A stretch of 64,000 bases of DNA from Blepharisma stoltei ATCC 30299 (GCA_965603825.1 CBFDEM010000011.1:434001-498000), one strand, 5' to 3'; counted from the stretch's first letter, positions 42,294 to 56,160 are shown. Numbers and translations: made by a program. Notes: generated by a model not told the origin, from the letters alone.

Positions 42294-43379
42294 TTATTTC
42301 GCAACTAATTTCCCATCTTTTCATTCGCCTTCTTCGACCCTACCATCTGAATAAATAGCTTTCCCAATACCATTTTGCTTACCATCTTCCCAGAATCCTT
42401 CGTAGCTTTTCCCATTTGGCCAGGTGAATACTCCAAAGCCATGCTTATGGTCGTTGTGGTATTCTCCTTTATAGCACCTCCCATCAGACCAGAGAAAGGT
42501 GCCTTGGCCGTCCATTTTGTTGTTTTTTCATTCGCCGCTGTATTTTCTTAAGTCGCTTCATTTGTAAATTCCGTAGCCGTGGATTTTTCCTTCATAAAAA
42601 TCGCCTTCATATGATCCTCCATCAGATAACAATAATTTGCCTTTTCCTTGTTTTTTGCCATATTCATAAGACCCTTCATAGCGAGATCCGTTAGACCATG
42701 TTTCTATACCTTGGCCATGCTGCTTATCATTAAGCCAGTCCCCTTCATATCGAGTTCCATCAGTGTGTATATAAACTCCTTTTCCATTAGCTTTCCCATC
42801 TACTCAGTCGCCTTCATAACAATCTCCATCTCCATGTATTAATCTTCCTTTACCTCCTGCGAGATCATTTTTTCAATGTCCTTCATATTTGGATCCATCC
42901 TTTCAAGTTTGTATCCCTCGCCCATGCCTTTCTCACTTTTCGTTCCATTCGCCAATATATATCGCGCCACCTTCAATTTGTACAGGACCCTTCTTAAAAA
43001 CCTTAACGTTGTCTATTATATTTTTTTGATATTTAAAACGGCCCATTGCTTTTGCAGTTGCTATTGTTGCTGCGTTGGAATAATCAGGGAAAGATCCTCA
43101 GATCTCCATAATGGATCGTGAATTTGTGTCAGATTCGCATCTTGTATGCAAAGGTTCCTTGAGTTTAACTGATAACGATTTTCGCTCTATATAGCCTCTT
43201 ATAAGGCTTTGGATAAATATGACAGAAGCTGAGCTATAATTTGTGTAGGTTTGATGAGGGGAAAATAGAATTAAGGACGAGTCTTGTTTCTTGAGCCTTT
43301 TGTTAGTGTTTTTGTCAATAATGTATCTTTCTTCGTAAAAATCAGCATCTTTAAGGCATGAATTGCAGCCTGTTCCCAT
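42294..43379 (-). CDS. MORN-repeat protein with IQ motif and N-terminal MGxGC acylation-like motif
   Basis: Single 361-aa frame with 8 TGA=Trp, most at YEGxW/W.DG MORN positions. IQSLIRGYIERK IQ motif. TAA at 42294-42296. Confidence 0.9.
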
Positions 43380-43653
43380 ATTTTTAAATAAAGATATTAT
43401 TTACTGTAGGCAATGCAAACATATCTATTAAACAGATAAAGAAATCTTTATTTGAGTTTTTTAATTTTAATATAATTGAGGCTAAAAAAAATGTTCTGGC
43501 TAGTGATTTTCAATAGCAAATTTTAATTTGAAAACTAATTATTTAAATAAATAATACTAGGCAATTTTAAAAGCTTCTTTGCAGCTATTTCAATCACTTT
43601 TTTACTTCAAAATATTTTCCATTTTCATACAAAGTTCAATAAAATCATTTTAT

Positions 43654-44340
43654 TTACGAATTAAATGACTCTTCTTCTGCGTCTTCTTCCTCTTTTTCTT
43701 CTTCGCCACTTGCTTCTTCCTCTTCTTCTGATTCATTCTCTTCTATATCACCATTTTCCTCATTGATTTTTTGTTTCTTATGCGGTTTGTCTCCATCAGA
43801 TTCGTTCAAGTCATTTTCAATGAAATCTTCTAAATCATTTTCGTTTTCCTCCTCTTCGTCACTATCAGAGCTCGATTCTACTTCGTTTCCTTCTTTATCC
43901 CTCCTATTCAAAACTTCCAAATTCGGTAGCATTTCTTGGACTTTTGTATTAAAATCTGGAAGTTCTGCAACTGGGCATCCAAATAAATCGAGGGAAATTA
44001 AGTTTTCAAGGTTGGTTAAAGGCGCAAGATCATCAAATTTGGCGATTTGATTTCCCGCCAGAGAAAGTTGATATAATTGAGTTAAATGTGATAAATTTTC
44101 GAGGCCGCCTTTAATCTTGTTGTCACTTAGCTCAAGTTTGCATAGCGAAGGGACTCGTGGAAAATTTTCGAGCGATTTTAGTCCACAGCCTGTCAGAGAA
44201 AGAACCTCAAGATTTGGAAAGGTTTCTAAAATTGATTTGTCTTGGACTGTTAATGAAGCTCCTCTCCAGTTATCAAGAATTAACTCATCAACTTCCTCAG
44301 GTCCGTTGCCTTGTGTTTGCTTTTGTATCAATTTTTCCAT
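43654..44340 (-). CDS. ANP32-family acidic leucine-rich nuclear phosphoprotein
   Basis: VDELILDN, LKSLENFP, KLELSDNKI, LDLFGCPV, acidic tail with KKQK NLS-like motif. Confidence 0.9.
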   Translation of the reverse strand: MEKLIQKQTQGNGPEEVDELILDNWRGASLTVQDKSILETFPNLEVLSLTGCGLKSLENFPRVPSLCKLELSDNKIKGGLENLSHLTQLYQLSLAGNQIAKFDDLAPLTNLENLISLDLFGCPVAELPDFNTKVQEMLPNLEVLNRRDKEGNEVESSSDSDEEEENENDLEDFIENDLNESDGDKPHKKQKINEENGDIEENESEEEEEASGEEEKEEEDAEEESFNS

Positions 44341-45663
44341 AATTTATAGCCAGGATATTTCGCAAAATTTCTGCAGTGAGGACAGAAGTTCTTTCGATCA
44401 TAAGTTGCAAAATAAAATATATATTAAGAAATTATATTGGGATTTGGAGACAGACTAAGAAAAGTCAATGTTATAAAAATACAAGAAAATAGGTTTGATG
44501 GTAAATTTTCATTTTCTAATAAAGACCAAGTGAGAGCAGTAAGATATGGCTCCATGTTTTACGATCAGTTATGGGATATTTCTGTAAGAGTGATGATGAC
44601 CATCTTAATTTTAGATATTTCTCAGTCTAATTTATTTTAATGAAATTAAAGAATTTTCACTTAGAATCAAAATAATTAAAGTTAAAATTACAAAATATTA
44701 AATAAATTAATTCATTTTGCTATAAAGTAAGGAAATTTTTCACATCAATTTTTCTGGTGAATAAAAGTAAAATCTCGTAAGCTATTAGATGTCAATCTGA
44801 TGATTCATTAATTCTTTTATAAGGCAATATTTTTTCAGTCAAGATAGTGCTATACATCATTATCTCCAAGAAATAAAAAAATTTTTTTGCTGTCGGAATT
44901 TTGGCATGCATAAAAATTTGCTAGAATATCTAAATGCTAAGGCTAGGTTTAGAGCAAATATCCTAATATGAGTTAAAGATTTAATCGCTTTGGGCTCTAG
45001 AATGAGGCAGGCTCAATTATATGTATATCAGCTTAATAGGCAAATGTGAATAAATATATTCTTTAGCGTTATAGCAGCATGAGAGTTGAGGTCCTAAAAT
45101 GAGATCTAAGTTTCGAAAAAATCTTGAGCCTAAAATAAGCTAATTCATCCCATATTTCATTACAAAGTATTACTTTTTATATTATCAATCTTTATTAACT
45201 TGGTAATAATCTCAATATTCTTCTAAGCATTTAAGCGGTCTTTATCTTTTAAATTTAAAAGTGTTGTCTGTATGAGAAGAGTCGAGCAAAAAGATTGATT
45301 TTTTAAATGAGATAATCAGTGAAGATCTTAAAAGAGTATTACTAACAGAAGTTGTGCTGCGTAGCTGGAGTTTGAAATGTTGTTGAGGGAAAACTACAGA
45401 GACAAAATACGTGTTATTAATAAGAAGATCAGGGAATTCATTGTAATTATTGTTAGATTAAGGAAAATATTGGCCCATTAAGGAGTGATAACCAAATTTT
45501 TATGCTATGTTTATCCTTTAAATTTAAATTAATTTTATTTTGCTTTAAATTTGATGATATATCTTAATTTTGTTATTTTAAAAATTAGGTAAGTTTCTAA
45601 CTTTAATTAAAGAAGTTGCATTTCAAGCTTAATCTTTTATAATTTAGGAAGAAACGGATAAAT

Positions 45664-48600
45664 ATGGTTTTTCATTTAGTCTTTCTCTTTACGCTTGTCC
45701 ATTCTGCTAAACTTAACTCGTCTTCCAAACAATCAACTATCGGTAATTTTTATTTAGAACCAACTGCAGCAGAAGAAGAGACATATAGAAGCTATGACTG
45801 CTCAACTACCTCCACTTTATATATAAAAGAAGTGTGCGATTTGTGTTCAGCATCAACTGTCTATGTCATTTCGTCAGCAAATGCCACAATTATTGATGCT
45901 TATGACCAAGAAACACAGGACAGGGTCCAGTTTGTTTTAACAGATGCAGAGGATTATATGCCAGATGCTAAGTACTACGCTGTCTCCATTAATGACACAC
46001 ATGCTTGTATGTCTGCTTCAAAATTCATAGAGGATGCAAATTACACCTTGATGTTTAATTACTATTTAGATATGGACCCAATCTCTGTTTTTGTCCCAGA
46101 AATATTTGATATAGGTGGATCATCAAGCTTAGAATATATTTCCACCACATATAATGAATCCTATGATTATTTTGCTTTAAATTACAATGCCCCAGACTCT
46201 GCAACGGTCTCAGAAACTGTCATTTACAATTTACAACGTATGTATAGTTATTTTATATTTCAAGAAGGCAAAAATCTATATACCGGGACGTGTGATATAG
46301 GGGAAAGCGATAATGTCACAACGGTCGAGTTTTCTATAGAAACCCCATATGATCGTCAATACGGCGAGTCTTTTAATGCAGTTTTTATCATAGCAGACAC
46401 TTATGGTGCCTACGACTGGACTACAAATATAGAGCCTGACAATAAATGTTGGAGCATTGATCCACCAAGCGGAATTTCTAGTCTAGAAAATATGATTGTC
46501 TCAGGAAGCTACCAGGAATTCGTATACAGCTCTCAAGCAAAAAACATGGCCGTCCAAAAAACCTACACAAGCTATGAAATTCCTAATTGGAGCTTGGCCC
46601 CTGAAATTAATTTAGAAAACGCAACTGGGGAATTTATTAATGATGACCATGAGAGTTTCTGTGAATATGAAATAGCAGCTGAATGGAACTATTTAAATTA
46701 CACAATAGAAATGGAGCTGAATAGCGACTCAGACACAAATCAAGTAGAAATTTCAGGGACTTTTTTAAACGCAAATATTACTATGCAAGAAATTGAGACT
46801 GATTTTTACCAAGTTTTCTTTTCAGAAGACACTGAAATGTTCCCAGAATTTTTTCCTAACACCCCTAATTTAGTTCAGAGGTTGCAGAATAAGGTTTTAT
46901 CGGCCCCAAAAATTAAAATTTATTTATCTGATGAAATAAGTTACAATATTTATGGAGAATCTGGGGATAAAGAAGAAACGGAAGTCATTGCTGGTAGAGG
47001 CAACAGCTCAATTTTATCTGTAATTAACTCTTATGCATATGGATCTGAAATGCTTAAAGAAAACGGCGTAGAAATCATAAAAAGTTCTATATATACAAGC
47101 ACAGAGACAATTGATATACAAGATTACTCATTTATGTCATCCCTACTGGATAGTGGCCGCGAAAACTGAGATCAAGGAGCTATTGTTGAAATTTCTGCAC
47201 AATTTAACCAAAATTGTGAAAATAATGATTTTTGCTCACTTTTACAAAAATATGCTGTCCCAGAAGGAGAGAGGATTCTAGATGTAAACGGGTATGTGGT
47301 TAATAATACTGTTTATTTAGACAGTTCTATACAAAATATTCCTTTAAGCGATGATGTAGAATTTGAAGACGCAGGGCTGGCTGCTGAGTATACAGATTAT
47401 GGGATTACTTTGATGATAAAAGGAGCTTTTGATCTCCAAGTTGACAGTAAAACTGCTTTGAAATTTATAGGAAAAATTAAACAAGGGGAGCAAGGTGACG
47501 CAATATTAGAAGTGCAGTCTAAAAGTGTATGGGAAAATGCGATGGACGTCGAAAATCTATTAGTAGCTGGATTGACTATGAATGGGACTGTTGATGGTGA
47601 TGGAATAGTTTATAACACAACAACCTTTGGGAGTGCTTTTATAGGAGAAAAATGTTGGAATAAGAGATCTATTGATGAATCTTGTCTAGAAGGCGAAATT
47701 GATATGGATTTAAGCCTTGAATCTTACTTAAACAACACCTTTTCTTTATCTGTTTATAATATCACAACTGCAGATTTTTTTAATTATTTCGGAGGCTATG
47801 AGTTTTCTGATAGCGACCCTATGCCGCTTCCTATGGAATGTTTAGCCTTTCCTGTAGGAATTCATATATCCCATAGCTATGAAAGTCCAGTTTTTGTATT
47901 AACTGGAGATGCTGAATATTGTGGAATTTTAGGAGAGCTAGACGGGAAAACTGATTCTTTTACTTCAGGAGTTTTTGATATAGAAATCGACCTGTTTGAT
48001 TTTGAATTTGCCAATGAAAATGCTCAAATGAGCGATGCTACTGGATATTTATCGACTGATAGGTCAGTTGGAAAAAGCGAAGGGTTTATTTATGGAGTTT
48101 TAGAAGCCTTTTTCTTAGAAGATAGGACGAATATTTATATTAATGAAGGGTATTTTGCCAGTTTGGCTGGATTTTTATATGATGGGATTTATAGAGTTGA
48201 CGCCCATTTGATCGGAACCAGAAATTCTTCTATAGAAAGCTCAGAGTTTGAGAGTGAGTTTGTAATGGAAAAAGGAGACACAAAAGATATTGAAGCAGTC
48301 TCAAGGGATTCTTTACAAGACTGGGTGGACAGAGGGCAATATGTCATTAATTTCGCTGATAAATATATGGGAAACCTTACCCGAGATTTTTCAGATTTAA
48401 AAGAAATCCAGTGTGAAACAGAAAAATCTTGTCCCACAAAGAAAATTTGTCCAGATGGGACCTATGAGGAATGCAAAAGCTACCCTAATACCCAAATCTG
48501 TGAAGGAGGATCAGGGTGTTCTGATGTCGAGCTTGTCTGTGTCGAATCAGAATCAGTCTGCATGAAAACTTGGAAAAATTGCAAAAACGACGACTGTGAA

Positions 48601-49197
48601 TGCTTAAGCACTGTAAACGTCTGCAAAAAATGGAAAACTCAATGCAACCAAGAATCATCAGAATGCCGCAACAAAGCAATAGATAAAGACTATTCTGACT
48701 GTGAAAGATATGAAACAACCTGTGATGAACAAGACACTTATGATTTACAGTGCCAAACAGAATGCGATTGGAATCGTTACTTGTATGAAGAAGGTGAAAA
48801 AAAATATAAAAGTTATAAACATGGGTATGAAAACTCGCTGAAAGAGCTGAGAGGGTTTGAGTCAATCACCGAAGTTACTGAAAATGAAATAGAGACGGAA
48901 AAACTGATTGATATTAAAAAGATTTATACTGTAAGGCAGCTTAATGACAATGTTGGCCCATCAAATTTTTATTTTACAGTAAACACTGATACAATTAATT
49001 TAGAAACGGAGTATTTTGGTAGCAATATTTTTGAAGTTGAATGGAATTTTTATCAAAATACTGATAATGAGGACCGTGTTTTGGGAAAATTCAAAGAGTA
49101 TATTGTAGAACATAGTGAAGGGCTGCTTGATGAAGATTTAGTTATAAAAGACCCAGTAGAAATTGTGCTAGAAAATATTGTATATGACGATTCCTAA
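45664..49197 (+). CDS. Large acidic secreted protein (1177 aa) with Cys-rich C-proximal region
   Basis: Signal-peptide-like N-terminus. Track ORFs joined by TGA=Trp at 47167 with no other stop. Cx6C-type cysteine run near 48400-48770. No C-terminal TM. Confidence 0.8.
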
Positions 49198-49325
49198 AGC
49201 ATTCGAAATTCACCAAAAATGCCTTAATTCATAAAATTTTATTTTCTATTAATAGCTTACCATTTATAATTATTCCGAGAAATTAAAAAGAAATTCTGTA
49301 GATTTCTAGTTACTTATAATATTTA

Positions 49326-49901
49326 ATGAAAGACAAATACTACGCAGTTTCAAGGGGTATCGAAACTGGGATTTATTCTTCATGGGAAGAATGTAAAAAA
49401 CAAACACACGGAATTTCTAACGCAAAATTCAGAAGTTTTTACTCTTTAAAAGCAGCCCAAAAATATTTAAATAAAAGAGAAGCTTTTAATCAAAACTATT
49501 TTAATAGAAACGCACAGAGCCAAAGCCAAGAAACTTATCAATTGTATTTTTACGTAAAACTTAATGGTGAGGATAATTTTACTTCAAAGTTTGTATTAAA
49601 GCATAAAAGCGGGATCTGCGTTTGCAAGTTTGATAGAAATTTTAAATGCAGCGACAGAAAAATAATAGAGCTGCAAACGCTATTTTTTGCTCTAAAAAAT
49701 GCTACTGATTTGGATATTAATAGAATTGAAATATTTAGTTGCTCTTCTGAATTGGTGAATAGACTGAAAAATGTGCAGAAAAAATACTTCGAAAAAAATA
49801 CAGAAAATTTATTTGTTACAGTTAAAGATAAGCTTGCATATTTTTCTAGCTGAGAAGTGTCATATATAGAAGATAGTGTTATTGATGAGGAATTATTATA
49901 A
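49326..49901 (+). CDS. RNase H1-like protein: intact hybrid-binding domain plus degenerate RNase H fold
   Basis: KYYAVSRG...GIYSSWEECKKQTHG..NAKFRSF.S...A..YL. TGA 49851 read as Trp extends to TAA at 49899-49901. Confidence 0.75.
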
Positions 49902-49936
49902 ATAAGCTAAGCTGAGTTAATTTGATAATTTATTCA

Positions 49937-50722
49937 TTATTTAAGTTTATGCATTTCATTGTTGCAGAATGCACAGTAGCCTTCACATAAAGTTTGGCAG
50001 GTTTTACAGACAATGCAGCCATTGCTGCATCCCGGTGAATATATTTCTTGATCCCTCTTCAAGCATGACAAGCATTGGAATTCAGCCCTTTTTTTAAATA
50101 TCTTCAAAGTTTTTCTTGGTAAGCTTTCATTGCAAAATTTGCAAACCTTTCTTTTATACGAAGCCCTGCAGCATTTTTTGCACAAAAATTTATATTCTTC
50201 TTTGCATTTAAATTTTAAAAATTCGGAAACATGCTTTGAAATATTGCAGTTTGGGCATGTAAAATCGGGCACGTATTCCAAATTCACACGTTCTGTACAA
50301 ATGCAGCTTATTGAATAGGGTATTGAAGAATTTGGTTTCCTTAAGATCTTAATCATTATGCAATACCAACATAATTTATGTTCTTTTGGGCATGATGGTA
50401 TAGAATATGGGTTTGCTATTAAAGTATTGCATTTGCAACAAAAATTGCTTTGGCTCTTAATTACTTGTTCGGCTTTTTGTGCTGAATATCAGTTTTTAAT
50501 TTCTTTTATATACTTGATCTCATCTTCTCTAATATCAAGTCCTTTATCTTTATAAAAATCATAGGCTTCTGATATATATGTAATATTATTTGCAAACCTA
50601 TCAGATTTTGTAAAATCAGTCCCAGATTTAGAAACTTCTTCTAAAAGGTAACAAATTAAAGAACTCTGACGCTTGATAAGCTCTTTTATCTCAGGCGAGG
50701 TGCATATATCTCTTTCTACCAT
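49937..50722 (-). CDS. Cys-rich protein with about three RING-like zinc-binding modules
   Basis: TGA 50489=Trp joins the ORFs. CCKC...CPKEHKLCWYC...CIC; CPNC...C...CKKC...CKFC; CLSC...C..GC..CKTC...CAFC. Confidence 0.7.
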
Positions 50723-50739
50723 TTTGAAATTCTATATTA

Positions 50740-53700
50740 ATGTCATTTTATGAAGGCGAGTATTCTATGCTTATTGACAAAGAAGTCAGCTCAATGGATT
50801 ATTTCTTGTCTGCTATAAAAAGCATAGAAAATAGGCCTAAAATGTACAGTATAAATTGCAGTCAGGCTCCAAAATGCTTGGGGCTTTATCAAGGCTCTTT
50901 AATATTTGTGGGATTAAATGATGGGAATGTGCTGAAAATCAATATAAAGGAAAATTATGCAGAAACAAGCTTTAAATGTCATGACTCAGCGGTTAAGTCT
51001 ATGGCTATTGACCAAAATAAGAATGAAATATTTACAAGTAGAGGAGACGAAATCATTAAAAGATGGAATTTGGATGGAGACTTACTAGATGAATATAAAA
51101 CTCAGTCAGAAAATATAACAGCATTATGTTTGGCTCAAAAATTTATTGTTTCAGGAGATAAGGAAGGGAAAATATGCTGGGTAGAGAAAAAAACAAAAGA
51201 ATTAAAAAATTCTCAATATGCGCATATAGGGAAAATTAAAACTTTAGCGTCCAAAGCAAAATATACAGCTTCAGCCGGCAATGATGCTGTCATAAAAATT
51301 TTTTCATCAGAATCTCTTGATCAGCTTTTTGTGTTGAGTGGCCACACTCGGGAAATCTACAAGCTTGAGTTTTCCAATAATGAAGATTTTCTCATTTCAG
51401 CAGGTGGCGACAACACTATTAGTGTCTGAGATTTAAATACAAAAATGATATCTACTGTTTTTTCAGGCCACGAAAATTGGGTCAGAACTTTTTGTCTCTG
51501 CCCTTCAGAAGAGTACATAATTTCTGGGACTTTTGACCATAACGTCAGATTTTGGAACTTAAAATCGAAGGAAAGTGAGCCTGAAGGAAGCTTCCCAGCC
51601 CATGAGAAAGCAATCATAGGTATTTGCTCATATAACGAAGGCAATACAATTATTACTGCCAGTAAGGATAAGACCATTAAAATTTGGTATTTGTTGGATT
51701 CTGAAGAAAATATAAAGGAACTACAGGGGCATAGTGATATGGTGACTGATTTGGTACTTGATGAGAAAATTATGTATTCTTCCAGCATGGACGGAAGTAT
51801 TTGTGTGTGGAATTTACAAAGAATTGAGAGTGATCCTATTGCAAAAATGATAGGGCACGAGAAAGGAATAAGAGATATAGAACTCTCGCCTCTCAAAGGA
51901 TTCTTATACTCAGCAAGTGAAGATGGGACTATAAAAGTCTGAGATACTACAAGCAGAGAATGCAATGCCACTTTAACAGCTCATGAGCATATATTCTTAT
52001 GTGTAACTTGTAATGATAAACTTATCCTTGCAGGTGGAGCTTCAGGCAATATTTCAGTCTGAGATGCAGCCACAAGAGTTCTCATAAAAACTTTAAAAGG
52101 TCATTGGAATGGAGTTTCTCATATAAAGCTAACTAGAGAAACAAATAAACTTTATTCTTCGAGCTATGACAGGACTATCAGAATATGAGATTTAATAGAA
52201 TTTAGACAGCTAAAAAAAATCAATGCGCACGACGGAGCAGTCACCAAAATTGAGCTGTCAAAAATAGAAAACTTTTTAGCCTCTTCAAGCATCGATAAAT
52301 TAATAAATCTATGGGAAACTGACAGTCTTATTGAAACTAGTCTGAGAGGGCACAGCTGAGATATAAATTCGCTATGTATTTCTAATGATGAAAAATATTT
52401 ATATTCTGGAAGCAAAGACGGGGCACTTATCGTGTGGTTTATTGCAGAAAGAGTCGAACTGGTAAGGCTTCAAATGAATGGAAGTATCAACGCGATTATT
52501 GATATTCCATATGAAAGAGCCATTGCTCATACATTAGACAATAAAATAATTCTAAGAAAAAACCTAGACAGTACTACAGAGTTACGCTCATACCCCAAAA
52601 AACATTCATTTTTATTTTATTCTTATGTCAAAAATTTGCTGAAAGGGAAGCATGTCCCATATACAAATCAATGAAATAATTATATTATTTTCCCTATGAG
52701 AGTGAATTTGCTGCATATTTATGCTTATTTAAATGATCACAAAAAAATAAAAAAAGCGATGACTAATCTTTGTAGGTTTCTTATCACTTCTAAAGGTGAA
52801 AACCCATTATCTATAGCACTAGATAGAAAAGCTTCAAGGTCTGCTGACGAAATTATTAAAAAAATCGCCAATATTTCTTCAATTTTGAGGCCATATGTGT
52901 TTCATGCAATTGAAAGCCAAATTACAAAACTCCCAAAATATAAACTTTCAAATATTCATTTGCTTTATGAAGCAGTATTCCCACGCTGGAAAAAGAAAAA
53001 TTTACCTAAATTTGGTGTCATTTCTAATGATTCTATAGTAAAAAGCGAAAATATGGACATAAAAATTGAACAGCTGTGTGAGCCGCATGCTAAAGATGGC
53101 GAAAGTATTATTTTTAAACAAAGCCTATGCAGGATATCATTATCTTTAGGCTCAAAAGAAAGCAGAAAATTTTTGAAAAGGCTTTTATATTGTGATGATA
53201 CTGAAGTATTCCAAATCCAATTTATCCAAGTAATTTTGCAATATAAATTCCAGCAAGTCAGAAAGTTGCTTTTTATTCAGCTTGGACTCAGCTTACTGAA
53301 TTTAATTTTGCTTATTTTTTATGCTATATCCTATAGATACAGCTTATGGTATATCATCCCTTTAATGCTGATTAATACAATTTACTTTCTATTCGGAGTT
53401 CTCCAGTGAATCCACAACACGAAGTCATATTTCAGAGACTTTTGGAACTGGCTAGAATCTATTAGGATTTTCATGGTTTACGTTTGCACTTGTTTATCCC
53501 TTATCAGCGCAGAACACATGCAAATCCCACTGACGATTTGCATTTTTATCTCAATGTTTCGAGTTTTTGTATTTTTTAGAGTTTTTGACAAGACAAGGTA
53601 TATGATAAGAATGATAGTAGAGGTCATCAAAGATATCGTTCCATTTTTGCTGATTTTACTTATGGCTACCTTTACAATTTCTTTAGGGTTTTATTTGGCT

Positions 53701-54279
53701 AGCGATTTCCAAACGAAGCTCCCCACCCAGATCCTTAATTCTTACCTGCTGAATTTTGGACAGTTAAATGCTGATGATGAAAATGTGATGGTTTGGTGCG
53801 TCATTTCTTTTGCATTTTTCTTAAATCCACTTGTGCTTATGAATCTTCTTATTGCGATTATGGGGGATACTTTTGATAGAGTTCAGTATTCTATGACTAT
53901 TGCGAATTATAAAGAAATCATTAGTTTGGTGCTAGAAATGGAAGCAGGGTTGCTATGGAGAAGAGGGAATAATCAAAAATTTTATATTCAGCAATGCTTA
54001 GAAAGAGATGGGAGGACAACTAGTGATACACTTTTATGGGAAGGGAAAATTAAAAATATTCAGAGAGAAATTAAAAGTATTAATGAAAATGTCAGAGAAA
54101 ACCAAAAAACTCTGGGAGAAATTTTGAGAGCTACAAGCAGCATGGATAAGAAAATAAGCCTGATGCAAGTACAAAAAAACAATTTTGTTGAAAAACCTAG
54201 AGAATGTTCTCAATTTGAATTCAAAGATATGACGAAGACGTTACTAAAAGGAATTTTGAAGCCAAAAATTAATACTTAA
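50740..54279 (+). CDS. WD40-repeat plus TRP-like six-TM ion channel (1179 aa)
   Basis: One frame with 7 TGA=Trp, four in WD dipeptides. More than 10 GH..WD repeats, an ankyrin-like stretch (LLHIYAY...ENPLSIAL), YFRDFWNW, FRVFDKTRYMIRMIVEVIKDI, and MNLLIAIMGDTFDRV (S6/TRP region). Confidence 0.85.
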
Positions 54280-54949
54280 GTTAATGGCTTTATGATGATG
54301 AACTTTAAAATTTTCATTTTTGTAGTAATCATGGATGATTTGCACCATAATTAGATTTAGGCAGTTTATTGTTAAAATAAGGAGAATAGCAGTTTAGTTT
54401 TAACCCAGTAAATTGGTTATCTCAAAGCACTTGTGGATAAAATTTCTACATTTTAAATATCTTCATCTTTTAAAAATATTATTTTAATAATCAAGCATCT
54501 TGATTGAGGTGCATTTTCGTCTTACTATAATTGTGGATTTGCCTCTATGCTCTAGCAGTGCATATCAAAAATTAATGGCAATGTCTAGCTCATTTTTAAA
54601 AATCAAAATTAAAAAATAACTCATTTTTATTACATTTTTATCATAAATTTGCCTATGCTTACCCATTTTTGCGACATAAAGTCACACCATATCTGTATTG
54701 ACATTATTCTCTCCTTACCTCAAATCCTCCACCTCTTTACAATAATTTCTACTTTCTCAATTTTTTTCTCCTTTATTCTGTTGACATTTTAATTTCCTTC
54801 TTCAATCATAATCAATTTTTCCCAACAAACTTTTAGTCAATGATGCAGATTACCAATTAATATTCTCATATTTCCTTTCCAAGTCTCTGAAGCCTTCAAT
54901 TTTACTGTTTAGTAACTTTTTTAATTTAATTAGTTTCACAAAATTTAAA

Positions 54950-55426
54950 CTAAATCTCACTTTTAGGAGGCAATAATAAAGTCCGCCTTTTTTGTAAGAG
55001 TGAAAATTTTGGCCCATCCAGCTTGATTACTGCAGGCTTAAGAGAGCACTCATCTCTTATATTTACTGAGTCCATTGTATCATCTAAAACTTCTAGAAGC
55101 TTATGGACTTTTTCATTTAATATTTTGTATTGTTGTTCGCTTTTTCCAGACATTGGCGTGAAAAAGCGCGAATCGACAATAATAGGACCGTTCTTAGTCA
55201 AAAGGTCGAAATGTCATTCTTCGAAATGCCCTTCTGATCAGAAGGACTCTTTTGCTAAAAGACCATCTTCAGAGTCTACGCTCTCTGAAGTGCTTACATC
55301 TGAGTATCTTTGAGGGATTAGAATTTCCTCTATGTCTGCCAAACCTTCAAAATTTTCATAGCCTGCTTTACACATTAGTGATAAATTATCAATATTATCT
55401 TTATATCCATTAATTAAGCCTAGCAT
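54950..55426 (-). CDS. Hypothetical protein
   Basis: ATG at 55426. Two TGA=Trp join track ORFs 55238-55447 and 54950-55201. Confidence 0.55.
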
Positions 55427-55643
55427 TTTCGAGTAATGGTTTCTCAATTAAACTGAAGGATGAGCATATTTTACGCTGCAGGCTGCGTCGATACAAAACT
55501 TAATTATAAAACTATAATGGAGTGCAGGTAAAAAACAGGATTTTTCCTACACAAAAATGAGTTGAGTTTAAATTATTAATTATTAAAGTTAATTTTTAAT
55601 AAAACTCATAATTGATTCAATAATAAAATATTTAACCGGGGTA

Positions 55644-55838
55644 ATGAATAGAGAGAATTTTCAAAGTTTCCAAGAAAAAGTGGTAAAGCCTCCAAGTGTC
55701 CCTCAAACTCATAGAGAGCCTTCTTCAGATTATATTTTCAACTCTGTTGGGTTTTACCAAAATCTTATGGACCAGATGGAAGAGCAGCGGTCAGAGTTGC
55801 TTCAAGTCCTTTACAGGCTGCAAAATTTCGATGAATAA
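55644..55838 (+). CDS. Small hypothetical protein
   Basis: 64-aa ORF, GC-elevated relative to flanks, ATG after AT-rich DNA. No motif. Confidence 0.4.
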   Translation: MNRENFQSFQEKVVKPPSVPQTHREPSSDYIFNSVGFYQNLMDQMEEQRSELLQVLYRLQNFDE

Positions 55839-56160
55839 CTTAATATATGCTTTTAAACACTACTCCGATTTAGAAATAAACGAAACATTCTTTTTGAGTA
55901 TAATGAATACAATGTTTAATATTTCAAATTTAAGAATAAATGCCTCTGATTAATCTCTAAGTTAGGCTCTTAGTTTTGCCAGAGTTTTAAATTAATTTCA
56001 TAAAAAATGCATATCTTTTTAAAATTCAGATTATTTTAGCTTTTCATTAAAATTTTGAAATAAAGTGACAGGTTTATTGCACAAGTCTTCTATTGCTTTT
56101 ATTTTAAACACAGATCTTGATTAGTATCAATAATTATAAGCTTAAATATTTCATATAAAA

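Noticed and set aside
44437-44640. 67-aa track ORF upstream of ANP32
   Set aside because: TTG start, no motif, lies in AT-rich promoter-side DNA.
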